Assembly: GCA_026394375.1 (NCBI GenBank)
Contig: JAPKYJ010000024.1
Span: forward strand, 35,259-99,258
Direction: 5' to 3'
DNA: 64,000 nt
From: Methanomassiliicoccales archaeon
Lineage (GTDB): Archaea; Thermoplasmatota; Thermoplasmata; Methanomassiliicoccales; UBA472
Shown: in pieces, positions 1 through 9,324 of the stretch
How the letters are laid out: every line of letters starts with the position of its first letter
Position numbering within the stretch: position 1 is the first letter of the stretch
The notes under the pieces: model-generated
Databases searched by the model: none
What the model saw: the letters and a program-made list of their open reading frames with translations, nothing else
Told to the model about the DNA's origin: nothing
Program-made: the position numbers and the translations under genes

Positions 1-257
1 TGTGCACCATCGGGGTCTTCGACCGCAGCTATACCTACGCCGAGAGCGGGACGATATGCGGAGAGGTGCGCAATTCGCTCTTCTCCCTGGCCAAGGACGT
101 GCACGTCAAGGGATACATCGGCGGTCTGGGTGGTAGAGATATCACCGAAGCTGACCTAGAACGCATCTTCGACGACCTTCTAGCGATATCTCACCAAGGC
201 AAGGTGGACCGAGATATGCAATGGATCGCGCTGCGGGACGGCAGCCTGAGGTGGTGA
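1..257 (+). CDS. 2-oxoacid:ferredoxin oxidoreductase alpha subunit, C-terminal fragment (5' end outside window)
   Basis: Frame 3 is open from the window edge. The translation ...VFDRSYTYAESG...YIGGLGGRDITEADLERIF... looks like the conserved C-terminus of POR/VOR/KOR alpha subunits. Its stop lies 1 nt before the beta-subunit start. Confidence 0.75.
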   Translation, partial: CTIGVFDRSYTYAESGTICGEVRNSLFSLAKDVHVKGYIGGLGGRDITEADLERIFDDLLAISHQGKVDRDMQWIALRDGSLRW

Positions 258-258
258 G

Positions 259-1140
259 ATGCCCAAGTTCACCATTCCCAAGGAAGAGCTGGAGTGCAAG
301 GGCCACAGCGGCTGCGCCGGATGCGGCGCCACCCTTCTGGCCCGCTACACCCTGAAGGCCCTGGGGCCGAGGACCATCATCAACGTCCCCGCCTGCTGCT
401 GGTCGGTGGTGCAGGGCGTATGGCCTCGAGCGGCGCTTAAGGTGCCGGTCATCGACCACGCTTTCGAATGCACGGGGGCGGTGTCATCGGGCATCAGAGC
501 AGCGCTGGACATCAAAGGCATCGAGGACGTCAACGTGGTCGGCTGGGCCGGGGACGGAGGCACGGTGGACATCGGGTTGCAAGCGCTTTCAGGGGCTGTG
601 GACCGGGGCACGGACATGATCTACATCATGTACGACAACGAGGCCTACATGAACACCGGCATCCAGAGGAGCGGCTGCACACCCTTGTACGCCTGGACGA
701 ACACCACTCCCGGCGGTCCGAACGGCGAATGGAACCTGGTGCCCAAGAAACGCATCATGGAGATGCTGGTCGCGAACGGCATAGTCTACGGGGCGACGGT
801 GAGCATCGCCTATCCCGAGGACCTCATCGCCAAGCTGCGCAAAGCTAAGCAGATCAAGGGGCCGAAGTTCATCCACGCCCTTTCTTCTTGTCCGTCCGGC
901 TGGAAGATCGATCCCTCGAAATCCATAGAGATGGCCCGCCTGGCCACGCTCACAGGCATCTTCCCTCTCTACGAGGTCGAGCACGGCAAGTACGCTCTGT
1001 CCAAGGACCTGAAATCGAAGCCGGTGGAGGAATACCTGAAACCTCAGGGAAGGTTCAAACACCTCACCCCCGAGATGATAGCCGAAATCCAGAAGAAGGC
1101 CGACGAGGATTACGCCGCGCTCAAATCGAAGTGCGAGTAG
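259..1140 (+). CDS. 2-oxoacid:ferredoxin oxidoreductase beta subunit (TPP-binding)
   Basis: 293 aa. N-terminal Cys cluster GHSGCAGCG and TPP-binding block GWAGDGGTVDIGLQALSGA. Sits directly after the alpha-subunit fragment. Confidence 0.9.
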   Translation: MPKFTIPKEELECKGHSGCAGCGATLLARYTLKALGPRTIINVPACCWSVVQGVWPRAALKVPVIDHAFECTGAVSSGIRAALDIKGIEDVNVVGWAGDGGTVDIGLQALSGAVDRGTDMIYIMYDNEAYMNTGIQRSGCTPLYAWTNTTPGGPNGEWNLVPKKRIMEMLVANGIVYGATVSIAYPEDLIAKLRKAKQIKGPKFIHALSSCPSGWKIDPSKSIEMARLATLTGIFPLYEVEHGKYALSKDLKSKPVEEYLKPQGRFKHLTPEMIAEIQKKADEDYAALKSKCE

Positions 1141-1162
1141 GGGAGGACGACCGCTGCCGGAT

Positions 1163-2962
1163 ATGAATGAGATAGACCGCAAGCTGCTCCTCGGGAACGA
1201 AGCGATCGCCAGGGGGTGCGTGGAAGCCGGAGTATCGGTGGCCACCACCTATCCGGGAGCGCCATCCTCCGAGATCGGCCTGATCATGGACGAGACCTCT
1301 GAAGAGTTCGGGTTCTACTTCGAATATTCCACCAACGAGAAAGTGGCCATGGAGACCGCGGCCGCCGCGGCAGCTAGCGGACTGCGTTCCTTCGTGTTCA
1401 TGAAGCACGTGGGAGTGAACGTCGCCAGCGATGCTTTGATGAGCCTGGGATACACCGGCGTGCGCGGAGGCATGGTGGTGCTGAGCGCTGACGACCCCTC
1501 GCTCCACTCCAGCCAGAACGAACAGGACAACCGCTACTATGCTCGTCTAGCGAATCTCCCGATGCTTGAGCCTTCCACACCGGCCGAGGCGAAGGAGATG
1601 GCCATTGCGGGTTTCGAGATCTCCGAGGAGCTGGGCTGCCCGGTCTTCCTGCGCACCACCACCAGGGTGAACCACACCCGGGGAGTGGTGCCCATAGGTT
1701 CGGCCGCACCAGTGAAGAGGAAAGGCCATTTCGACAAGGACCCTCAGCGCTTCGTGCCCGTGCCCAGCTTCGCCAGGAAGATGAGATTGCAGCTGCTGGA
1801 ACGGATGGCGCAGGCCCGGCTGCTCACCGAGAGGTGCCGTTTCAACTTCGCTCACGGTTCCGGAAAGGTGGGGGTGGTGGCGAGCGGGATAGCCTATGCC
1901 TACGCCCGCGAGTTCATCTACGGCTCAGAGATCCTCAAGCTGGGCATGACCAACCCGTTGCCGGAGAAGATGATAGCGGAGTTCCTCGGGGGCAAGAAGA
2001 GGGTGATCGTTCTGGAGGAACTGGAACCCCTCTTGGAGAACGATGTGTTGTGCATCGCCAAGGATGCCAATCCAGCCGTCGAGGTCATCGGCAAACGCTC
2101 CGGTCATCTGCCTAAGGCGTTCGAGTATACGCCGGAGACGCTGCTACCCTTGGCCGAGCTGGTGGAGGTGACGAAAGGTCAGAGACCGGTAGAAACGGGT
2201 CAGTTGACCGCTCCCTCTCGACCACCGGTGCTTTGCGCCGGCTGTCCTCACCGAGCTTCTTTCTACGCCGTCAAATGTGCGCTAGGGGGTCAGGAAGCGG
2301 TGGTCAGCACGGACATCGGCTGCTACACCCTCGGCCTCAATCCCCCCATGAACATGGCAGACTACCTGCTGTGCATGGGATCGAGCGTAGGGGCCGCCGG
2401 AGGCTTCGCCGAGGCCACGGACCAGAAGGTGGTGGCGTTCATCGGGGATTCGACCCTATTCCATTCGGGCATACCGGGCATAATCAACGCGGTCTTCAAC
2501 GATCACCGCTACTTGCTCGTCATACTGGACAACCGCACCACCGCCATGACCGGCCACCAACCTAATCCCGGGACGGGAAGGAGCGGCGGGCGGCAGACGC
2601 AACCGCTGGACATCGAGACGTTGGTCCGCGGATGTGGCGTCAAGAGCGTGACGACCGTCGATCCCTACGACATCAGGAGCACCACGGCCGCTGCCAAGGA
2701 GGCCCTGGCCAAGAACGAGCTAACGGTCATCGTGGCCCGCCGGGCGTGTCCTCTGGCCATCAAGAAGAAGGGGAAGGAAGAGAGATCGTCATATCGCGTT
2801 GATAGGGAGAAGTGCGTGTTCTGCAGGACCTGCTTCTCCAAATTCGCCTGCCCGGCCATGCGCGCTGACGGGGACAAGGCGATGATCGATAGTTCTCTCT
2901 GCATCGGTTGCGGCGCCTGCGTGGCCGTCTGTCCCAAGAACGCCATCGGGGTGAGGCAGTGA
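1163..2962 (+). CDS. iorA: indolepyruvate:ferredoxin oxidoreductase alpha subunit
   Basis: 599 aa. TPP motif GDSTLFHSG and two C-terminal ferredoxin-type clusters (CVFCRTCFSKFACP, CIGCGACVAVCP). Followed by an IorB-type gene. Confidence 0.85.
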   Translation: MNEIDRKLLLGNEAIARGCVEAGVSVATTYPGAPSSEIGLIMDETSEEFGFYFEYSTNEKVAMETAAAAAASGLRSFVFMKHVGVNVASDALMSLGYTGVRGGMVVLSADDPSLHSSQNEQDNRYYARLANLPMLEPSTPAEAKEMAIAGFEISEELGCPVFLRTTTRVNHTRGVVPIGSAAPVKRKGHFDKDPQRFVPVPSFARKMRLQLLERMAQARLLTERCRFNFAHGSGKVGVVASGIAYAYAREFIYGSEILKLGMTNPLPEKMIAEFLGGKKRVIVLEELEPLLENDVLCIAKDANPAVEVIGKRSGHLPKAFEYTPETLLPLAELVEVTKGQRPVETGQLTAPSRPPVLCAGCPHRASFYAVKCALGGQEAVVSTDIGCYTLGLNPPMNMADYLLCMGSSVGAAGGFAEATDQKVVAFIGDSTLFHSGIPGIINAVFNDHRYLLVILDNRTTAMTGHQPNPGTGRSGGRQTQPLDIETLVRGCGVKSVTTVDPYDIRSTTAAAKEALAKNELTVIVARRACPLAIKKKGKEERSSYRVDREKCVFCRTCFSKFACPAMRADGDKAMIDSSLCIGCGACVAVCPKNAIGVRQ

Positions 2963-3564
2963 AGTACAATGTGCTCATCGTGGGCGTGGGAGGGCAAGGC
3001 GTGCTGCTCGCCTCTCGCGTGCTGGGTGAAGCAGCTTTGCGTTCTGGAGAAGAGGTCGTCATCAGCGAGGTGCATGGCATGGCGCAAAGGGGAGGGAGCG
3101 TCACGTCCGTGGTACGCTTCGGAGAGGGCGTGATCAGCCCCCTCATACCTTTGGCCGGGGCGGACGTCATCCTGGGCTTCGAGCCCCTGGAGACCTACCG
3201 GGCCATGAACTACGCTCATCAAGGCACGACCGTCATCACCGACCTGGCTCCCATCCTGCCCGCTGGAGTGGTCAGCGGGAAGGAGGTGTACCCGGCCGTG
3301 GAGGACATCATGAGCGCCATCAGACACGCCCAGGTCAAGTTGTATTCCTTCGATGCGAGCGGCGAAGCGCTGCGAGCAGGCAGCAAGCTCGCCACCAACT
3401 CAGTGCTGCTCGGAGCGCTATGCGGTTCTCGCGCTCTGCCTCTGGAGCCAAAGCTGGTAAGGGCGGTCCTGCAGGAGAGCGTGCGTGAGAAGTCCCGCGA
3501 CATGAACGGCGAGGCGTTCGACAAAGGCTTCGAATACGCCCGTGGCGCTTCGAAAGAACGATGA
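2959..3564 (+). CDS. iorB: indolepyruvate:ferredoxin oxidoreductase beta subunit
   Basis: A GTG at 2959 overlaps the iorA stop (GTGA). The product begins VKYNVLIVGVGGQGVLLAS, typical of IorB/gamma-type subunits. The ORF-track start at 2908 lies inside iorA. Confidence 0.8.
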   Translation: MKYNVLIVGVGGQGVLLASRVLGEAALRSGEEVVISEVHGMAQRGGSVTSVVRFGEGVISPLIPLAGADVILGFEPLETYRAMNYAHQGTTVITDLAPILPAGVVSGKEVYPAVEDIMSAIRHAQVKLYSFDASGEALRAGSKLATNSVLLGALCGSRALPLEPKLVRAVLQESVREKSRDMNGEAFDKGFEYARGASKER

Positions 3565-3565
3565 C

Positions 3566-4666
3566 CTATTCGACCCGCATCATCTTCCATCTTCCCCGGC
3601 CTACCAGGACCTTCCGGTGACCGCGAAGAGAAATGTCGAGTTGAGGGTCCCCGGTGTCCACTCTCAACGTCCGAATGGTGGCGAGCTTGCTCGGCGCGGA
3701 GAGCACGACCAAGTTGTCTTGTCCGGTCATCTTGATGACCGCAGGGGAGATCTGTTGGTTCCCCCTTCCTAAGATGAACCCTTGGGAGCCGATCGGCGTG
3801 ACAACTATCTTGCTCTGAGGATGTCTGTCGAGCGCCCGCAGGATGTCCGTTTCTGTGACGTCCTTCGCCAGCATTCGCCTATTCTGGATGAGATCGACAC
3901 CCAGAAGCGTCTTCTCCAGGCCGATGCGCTGCGCCACGGCAGCCAAGGTCGTGCCAGGTCCGAGAACGTAGAGGGCGGAAGGATCAAGCTTTTCGACGAA
4001 ATACTCCGCTATCTCCTCCTTCTCCTCCTCCACGCTGAGCCCTTCCACCTCCCCTTTGATCGGCTGGACCAGTCTGCGGTCATAGGGCATGAGGAGATAC
4101 CCATAGAGCTTGGCGCTCAGCCTTCCCTGACGATAGGCTTCCTCGTCAATGTCCATGACCTCCGCTTCCCGGAGCTGGAGCTTGGTTCTCAGGTGGTTAG
4201 AGAGCAGGGCACCAGCGTCCCTAGCAGAGTTGGCGAAGACCGCGGAATGCATCTTGACCCCGGAAGGCACGCCTATCACCGGCATCGACGTGCCGATAGC
4301 ATCGAGCAGATCTCTGGCCGTGCCATCCCCTCCTGCGAACAGAAGCAACTCCGCCTTTCTATCCAAGAACCGTCCGCAAGCCTGCATCGTGTCCTTGGCA
4401 CTGGGATCATCTGGAGTGATATAGACCACTTCATGACCAATGCCCAGGGAGCTGAGCGCATTCTCCCCCATTGGCCCTCCGCACGTGATGATCTCCGCTT
4501 GCGTTAGGTCCCCGGCGGACGCCAATGCTGTTCGCATACGGTCCTCCGCCATTGGCTTCGCACCTCTATGGACAGCTTCGCGTATGACATCGTCTCCATC
4601 GGTTCCTTTGAGCCCCACGCTCCCGCCCATGCCCGCGATGGGATTGATGAGGACGGCCAAACGCAT
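3566..4666 (-). CDS. ATP-NAD kinase-like protein (AcoX/COG3199 type)
   Basis: 366 aa. N-terminus MRLAVLINPIAGMGGSVGLKGTDG plus the GGDGT motif (LLFAGGDGTARD). Confidence 0.7.
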   Translation of the reverse strand: MRLAVLINPIAGMGGSVGLKGTDGDDVIREAVHRGAKPMAEDRMRTALASAGDLTQAEIITCGGPMGENALSSLGIGHEVVYITPDDPSAKDTMQACGRFLDRKAELLLFAGGDGTARDLLDAIGTSMPVIGVPSGVKMHSAVFANSARDAGALLSNHLRTKLQLREAEVMDIDEEAYRQGRLSAKLYGYLLMPYDRRLVQPIKGEVEGLSVEEEKEEIAEYFVEKLDPSALYVLGPGTTLAAVAQRIGLEKTLLGVDLIQNRRMLAKDVTETDILRALDRHPQSKIVVTPIGSQGFILGRGNQQISPAVIKMTGQDNLVVLSAPSKLATIRTLRVDTGDPQLDISLRGHRKVLVGRGRWKMMRVE

Positions 4667-4753
4667 GCGGCTTGATTCCCTTGGTATGTAATAAGTGTGC
4701 AGCCGCGAAAGCTGTCTCTGTCCGACGTCGTTCAGATCAGAAAAGGTAGGGTG

Positions 4754-4775
4754 CGCGGGCCGGAATGGGCCCGCG
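4754..4775 (-). terminator. GC-rich hairpin followed by a T4 run downstream of the ftsZ-like gene
   Basis: CGCGGGCC (4754-4761) pairs perfectly with GGCCCGCG (4768-4775). On the minus strand the hairpin is followed by CCTTTTC. Confidence 0.3.
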
Positions 4776-4801
4776 GAGGTCTGAAAGGCAGGTGTTTCTC
4801 T

Positions 4802-5611
4802 CTAGCGCAGCATCAACGGATCGCCCAACCCTCCACCCACGTCCTTGTCATCCATCTCACCGATGGAGGCGTGGATGAGCTCTGCTTCGGGGGTGGCGAG
4901 CGGCGATAGTCCGCACATATCCTCCTCGTCGATCTTCTGCACCATCTCCTCGATCTCCGGGGTGATCTGACTGATGAACGACTCACCAATCTGCAGGCAA
5001 AGCGAGTCAATGATCTTGATGATGGAACGCTCCATCACCGCAAAGGCCTCCGAGATCGGACTGTCTCCCGCGAACTGCAGCAGACGATCGTTGTCAAGCA
5101 CCACCGTGGTCTCGGTGACCTCACGCAGCCTGCGAATGCCCTCGCTCGCCTTCTTCAACCTCTCGGTCTCGTATGAGAACGGGTTGATGGCGATCGCGAA
5201 CGTCACCGCATCAAGCTCCTTGGACACCTCGGCGATGATTGGCGCTGCCCCGGTCCCGGTGCCGCCGCCCATCCCTGCCACTATGATGACGATGTCACTG
5301 CCATCCAGGACCTGCTTGAAGGCGTCCCTCGCCCTCTCGGCGCAGTACTCCCCCACCTCGGGGAAGCCGCAAGCGCCCAAGCCTTGAGTGATGTCCTTTC
5401 CTATCAATACCTTCTTGCTCGCTTCGATACTATCCAGCTTCTTCTCGTCGGTATTGACAGCGACGGTCTCCACTCTGGTCCTGCAGTCCTCGTATATCCT
5501 TTGCACCACGTTGTTCCCGGCACCACCGCACCCAACTACCGTAATCTTGGGCTCGATCATGCCCTTGCTGAGCATCGTCACGATCTGCTCAGTTCTTGCG
5601 CTCTTGTCCAT
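4802..5611 (-). CDS. FtsZ/tubulin-family GTPase, N-terminal domain only (short FtsZ paralogue)
   Basis: 269 aa. Contains VVGCGGAGNNVV and the tubulin signature GMGGGTGTGAAP. Homology stops after helix H7. No T7 loop or C-terminal subdomain is present, and the tail is acidic. The gene ends at a TAG. Confidence 0.8.
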   Translation of the reverse strand: MDKSARTEQIVTMLSKGMIEPKITVVGCGGAGNNVVQRIYEDCRTRVETVAVNTDEKKLDSIEASKKVLIGKDITQGLGACGFPEVGEYCAERARDAFKQVLDGSDIVIIVAGMGGGTGTGAAPIIAEVSKELDAVTFAIAINPFSYETERLKKASEGIRRLREVTETTVVLDNDRLLQFAGDSPISEAFAVMERSIIKIIDSLCLQIGESFISQITPEIEEMVQKIDEEDMCGLSPLATPEAELIHASIGEMDDKDVGGGLGDPLMLR

Positions 5612-5731
5612 GTCCCCAGGCCTCCCGGTCTATCTTTCAGGAACAGGTGACCTAACGGTTCGTTGAAACCGTGCACCCCATCCCTTCTGCCCAGCAACCT
5701 GCCAGACAGCCCAACTTTCGTCCTTGCCGCT

Positions 5732-6100
5732 CTAGGGGAGCATCTTGACCGCGTCCCGCGCCTCGAGCACCCTCTTCTTCATCTCTTCCAGGTACTCCGG
5801 CTTGAGGAACTCCTTCCGGACCGTCTCCTCGATCGCCCCACCGACGGAGTTGTAGACGCCTTCTCGCACCATCGCTTGGACGACGAAGAGCGCAGCCCTT
5901 GGCAGCTCCACCGTCACACGGTTGCCCATCTCCTCTGACACCGATGATACTTGTGCCCCTTCAATGAACGCGCGGATCGCCATTCGGGCGAGCTGCGATC
6001 TCGAAGCGAATTCCGGACGCTTCTCTATGAAGCTGTCCAGAAGCTCGAGGTCTTCCGGCTCTAGCCGAAGGGTTATTCTCTCTCCGTCCATTGTTCTCAC
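5732..6100 (-). CDS. ribbon-helix-helix (CopG/CdrS-like) DNA-binding protein with two RHH-like repeats
   Basis: 122 aa. ERITLRLEPEDLELLDSFIEK..RSQLARMAIRAFIE fits a beta-alpha-alpha RHH. A second RHH-like unit is NRVTVELPRAALFVVQAMVREGVYNSVGGAIEETVRKEF. The gene lies immediately upstream of the ftsZ-like gene. Confidence 0.7.
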   Translation of the reverse strand: MRTMDGERITLRLEPEDLELLDSFIEKRPEFASRSQLARMAIRAFIEGAQVSSVSEEMGNRVTVELPRAALFVVQAMVREGVYNSVGGAIEETVRKEFLKPEYLEEMKKRVLEARDAVKMLP

Positions 6101-6140
6101 CAGTGTCCGCAGCGCAGACTGTCATATGAATGTCTTACCC

Positions 6141-6156
6141 GAATATATAAATATTT
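6141..6156. promoter_or_regulatory. TATA-like box in the divergent RHH/leuS intergenic region
   Basis: The sequence GAATATATAAATATTT is an AT island in an otherwise GC-rich region. It is about 45 nt from the RHH start codon and is flanked by four GTCAT repeats. Confidence 0.3.
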
Positions 6157-6293
6157 GCGTCATTGTCATACGAAGTCATACTGAGCCGAACATTAGCCTC
6201 CCGGCACAATCACCAAAATCACGTCACGGGATGAAAAACGACCACCGAAACCCTATTTATCAGCCACCCTCATAACCGGGGAAAGGTAATCTG

Positions 6294-9176
6294 ATGGCTG
6301 ACGACTGGTCTCACATCGAGGCAAAATGGCAGGAGCAATGGTATTCCGCCAAACTCAACGAGTCGAACCCAGACGGTCGCCCCAAGTTCATGATCATCTT
6401 CGCCTATCCAGGCGTGACCGGCTATTTGCACGTCGGCCACATGCGGGGATACACCTATGTGGATTCAATCGCCCGATACAAGCGAATGACCGGATTCAAC
6501 GTGCTCTTCCCGGTTGGCACTCATGCCACAGGCAACGGCGCCATAAGTCTGGCCAAGCGCGTGCGCAACAACGACCGGCAAACCATCGAGTACCTCCTTT
6601 ACAACGGCTGCCCCGAGGACAGACTGGAGGAACTGCAGGACCCCATCAAGGTGGTCAAGTTCTTCAACGAGGTCTACGTGAACGACTACTGGCGTCGCTT
6701 TGGATTCCTGGCCGATTGGCGTCGCTTCACCTCTACCATCTATCCAGAATATGGCAAGTTCATCCAATGGCAGTTCCGCAAGTTGATGGAGAAAGGACTT
6801 CTCATCCAGAAACCGTATTTTGCGCCAGCCTGCGTGTCCTGCGGACCGGTGGCTATCGATGCTTCCGAGACCGACCTTCAACGTGGAGGCAATGCCGAGA
6901 CGCAGGAATACACCCTGCTCAAGTTCAGATGCGGCGACATGTACCTCATGGCGGCCACCCTGCGTCCGGAGACGGTCTACGGACAGACCAACTTCTGGAT
7001 CAATCCGGACGTCTATTACGCCAAAGTGAGGAAAGGGGACGATACCTGGGTCATCAGCCAACCGGCGCTGGACAAGCTTCGCTATCAGATGGACGATCTA
7101 GAACAAGTGGGCACAGTCAATGGCCGTGATCTGGTCGGGATGAAATGCATCGCGCCGGTCATCCACCGCGAGATCATGGTGCTTCCTGCTTCCTTCTGCG
7201 ACCCCAACGTGGGGACGGGACTGGTGACGAGCGTGCCCTCCGACGCACCGGACGATTGGATCGCTCTCAAGAACATCCAGGACGACCCAGAAACCATGGC
7301 CAAGTTCGGACTCGACCCTTCTGAGGTTCGGGCAATCGTTCCCATCGCCATCATCGAGACCAAAGGATGGGAGCCCCTGCCGGCCGTGGAGATCGTGGAG
7401 AGGATGGGCATCAAGAGGTCGGGGGACCTTCAGCTCCTGGAGGCGAAGAAGGAGATATACAAGGCTGGCTTCCACACCGGGAAGATGAATTCCAATTGCC
7501 AGGAGTTCGCGGGCATGCCCGTGGAGACGGCCAAGGAGAAGATCCGTGCGATGATGCTCTCGGCTGGCGAAGCGGCCCTGTTCTACGACCTTTCGGAGGA
7601 GGTCATATGCCGTTGCGGGGGCAAGGTCGTCATCCGTAAAGTCCCTGACCAATGGTTCATCGACTATGCCAATCCCCTGCTTACCTTGGAGAGCAAGGAG
7701 CAGGCCAAGAACATGCACATCATGCCCCAAGAATACTCTCAGAACATCGGCGGGGTGTTGGATTGGTTCCGGGAGAGAGCCTGCGTGAGACAGGGCAACT
7801 GGCTCGGCACACATTTCCCATTCGACGAGAAGTGGATCATCGAGGCCATTTCCGATTCCACGCTATACCCTGCATTCTACCTGATATCCCATTTCGTTTC
7901 CAGGGGCGAGGTGCAAGCGGAACAGCTGACGGAAGAGGTCTTGGACCATGTCTATCTGGGAAGGGGGCTGAGGGAGGAGGTGGCAGAGCGAAGCGGCATC
8001 GCCAGCACCACTCTGGAGGCCATGCGGGCAGAAGTGGAGTACTGGTACCCGCTGGACATCAATCTGGGTGGCAAGGAGCACATGACGGTGCATTTCCCCG
8101 CCTTCCTCATGAATCATGTAGCGATCATGGACAAGAGGCATTGGCCCCAGGGGATACTGGTCCATTGGTACATCGTTGGAAAGGGGGGGAAGATATCCAA
8201 GTCCAAGGGCGGAGCTCAACCGATACCTGGTGCGGCCGAGCGCTTCGGCGTGGACTCCATGCGCTTCTACTACACGCACATCGCCTCTCCCTTCGCGGAT
8301 GTGGAATGGGAGGAGGAGGCGGTCGAGAACTACAAGGGGCGGATCGACCGGATCATGTCCACGGTCGCCGAACTGGATCGCCTTGAGTGCCTGGAGGAGC
8401 TCACGGATGCCGATCGCTGGTTGCTCTCCCGGGCTAACACTCGCATCGTGGAAATCCACGACTGCATGAAGGACTACGACCTGCGCACCCTGGCCAATAC
8501 CATCTATTTCGAGATGTTCAACGACGTGCGCTGGTATTCCCGGCGGGGGGGCTGCAACGGCGAGGTCGCAAAACGCGTCCTGGACATATGGGTGCGCTGC
8601 ATGACCCCGATAACCCCACACCTGGCGGAGGAGCTGTGGTCGAGAATCGGATCGAAAGGACTGGTCTCTGCGGAGGAATTTCCACGAGTTCGTCTAGGTG
8701 AAGTGGATCGCCAGGCGGAGGAGGCGGAGGAGTTCCTTCGTTCGGTCTTAGATGACATCAACGAGATCCTCAAGGTCACGGGCATCAAGCCAAAGATCGT
8801 GCACCTCTACACCTCCCCAGAATGGAAATCAAGGGTATGCCTCAAAGCGCTTGACATGGCCAGAGGGAAGCATCTCAACGTGCCCAATCTCACGAAGGCG
8901 GTCATGAGCGACGAGGAGATCAAGAAGCGGGGCAAGGAGGCGGCAGACTTCGCCCGCCGAAAGGCCGAGGACCTCATGAAGCGTTCTTCGGCAGAGCTGG
9001 AAAGGCTGAGCGTTCTCTTCGACGAGGTACGCTATCTCATGGAGGCGGCCCCATTCCTGGCGGCGGAAATTGGCTGTGACATTCTCGTTCACAGAGCGGA
9101 CGATCCTGAGGCTCCGGACCCGCAGCGCAAGGCCAGGGGAGCGCAGCCCAGACGCCCTGCGATCTACATCGAGTGA
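6294..9176 (+). CDS. leuS: leucyl-tRNA synthetase (archaeal type)
   Basis: 960 aa. HIGH-type motif (YLHVGHMRGY), KMSKS-type motif (KISKSKG), and a CP1 editing domain region. Confidence 0.95.
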   Translation: MADDWSHIEAKWQEQWYSAKLNESNPDGRPKFMIIFAYPGVTGYLHVGHMRGYTYVDSIARYKRMTGFNVLFPVGTHATGNGAISLAKRVRNNDRQTIEYLLYNGCPEDRLEELQDPIKVVKFFNEVYVNDYWRRFGFLADWRRFTSTIYPEYGKFIQWQFRKLMEKGLLIQKPYFAPACVSCGPVAIDASETDLQRGGNAETQEYTLLKFRCGDMYLMAATLRPETVYGQTNFWINPDVYYAKVRKGDDTWVISQPALDKLRYQMDDLEQVGTVNGRDLVGMKCIAPVIHREIMVLPASFCDPNVGTGLVTSVPSDAPDDWIALKNIQDDPETMAKFGLDPSEVRAIVPIAIIETKGWEPLPAVEIVERMGIKRSGDLQLLEAKKEIYKAGFHTGKMNSNCQEFAGMPVETAKEKIRAMMLSAGEAALFYDLSEEVICRCGGKVVIRKVPDQWFIDYANPLLTLESKEQAKNMHIMPQEYSQNIGGVLDWFRERACVRQGNWLGTHFPFDEKWIIEAISDSTLYPAFYLISHFVSRGEVQAEQLTEEVLDHVYLGRGLREEVAERSGIASTTLEAMRAEVEYWYPLDINLGGKEHMTVHFPAFLMNHVAIMDKRHWPQGILVHWYIVGKGGKISKSKGGAQPIPGAAERFGVDSMRFYYTHIASPFADVEWEEEAVENYKGRIDRIMSTVAELDRLECLEELTDADRWLLSRANTRIVEIHDCMKDYDLRTLANTIYFEMFNDVRWYSRRGGCNGEVAKRVLDIWVRCMTPITPHLAEELWSRIGSKGLVSAEEFPRVRLGEVDRQAEEAEEFLRSVLDDINEILKVTGIKPKIVHLYTSPEWKSRVCLKALDMARGKHLNVPNLTKAVMSDEEIKKRGKEAADFARRKAEDLMKRSSAELERLSVLFDEVRYLMEAAPFLAAEIGCDILVHRADDPEAPDPQRKARGAQPRRPAIYIE

Positions 9177-9207
9177 AGTGTCCCTAATCAGAAATCAATG
9201 GCCAAGG

Positions 9208-9213
9208 TTTTTT
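9208..9213 (+). terminator. oligo-T tract after leuS
   Basis: A T6 run lies 32 nt after the leuS stop, preceded by the palindromic TGGCCA. Confidence 0.3.
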
Positions 9214-9324
9214 ATTCCAATCCGCTAGTATTTGCCCAAATCGGTCCGAGGAGACGCGGCGGGAATCGGTCGCGAATGCATCCCCTGCGCGATCGGCGGT
9301 GATCGATTCGAAGGTTGGTCCGGC

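Noticed and set aside
4732-4804. TAG read-through (pyrrolysine-style) extension of the short FtsZ-like gene
   Set aside because: The in-frame extension is only 22 codons (RETPAFQTSAGPFRPAHPTFLI) before a TGA and has no FtsZ similarity. It does not restore a C-terminal domain.
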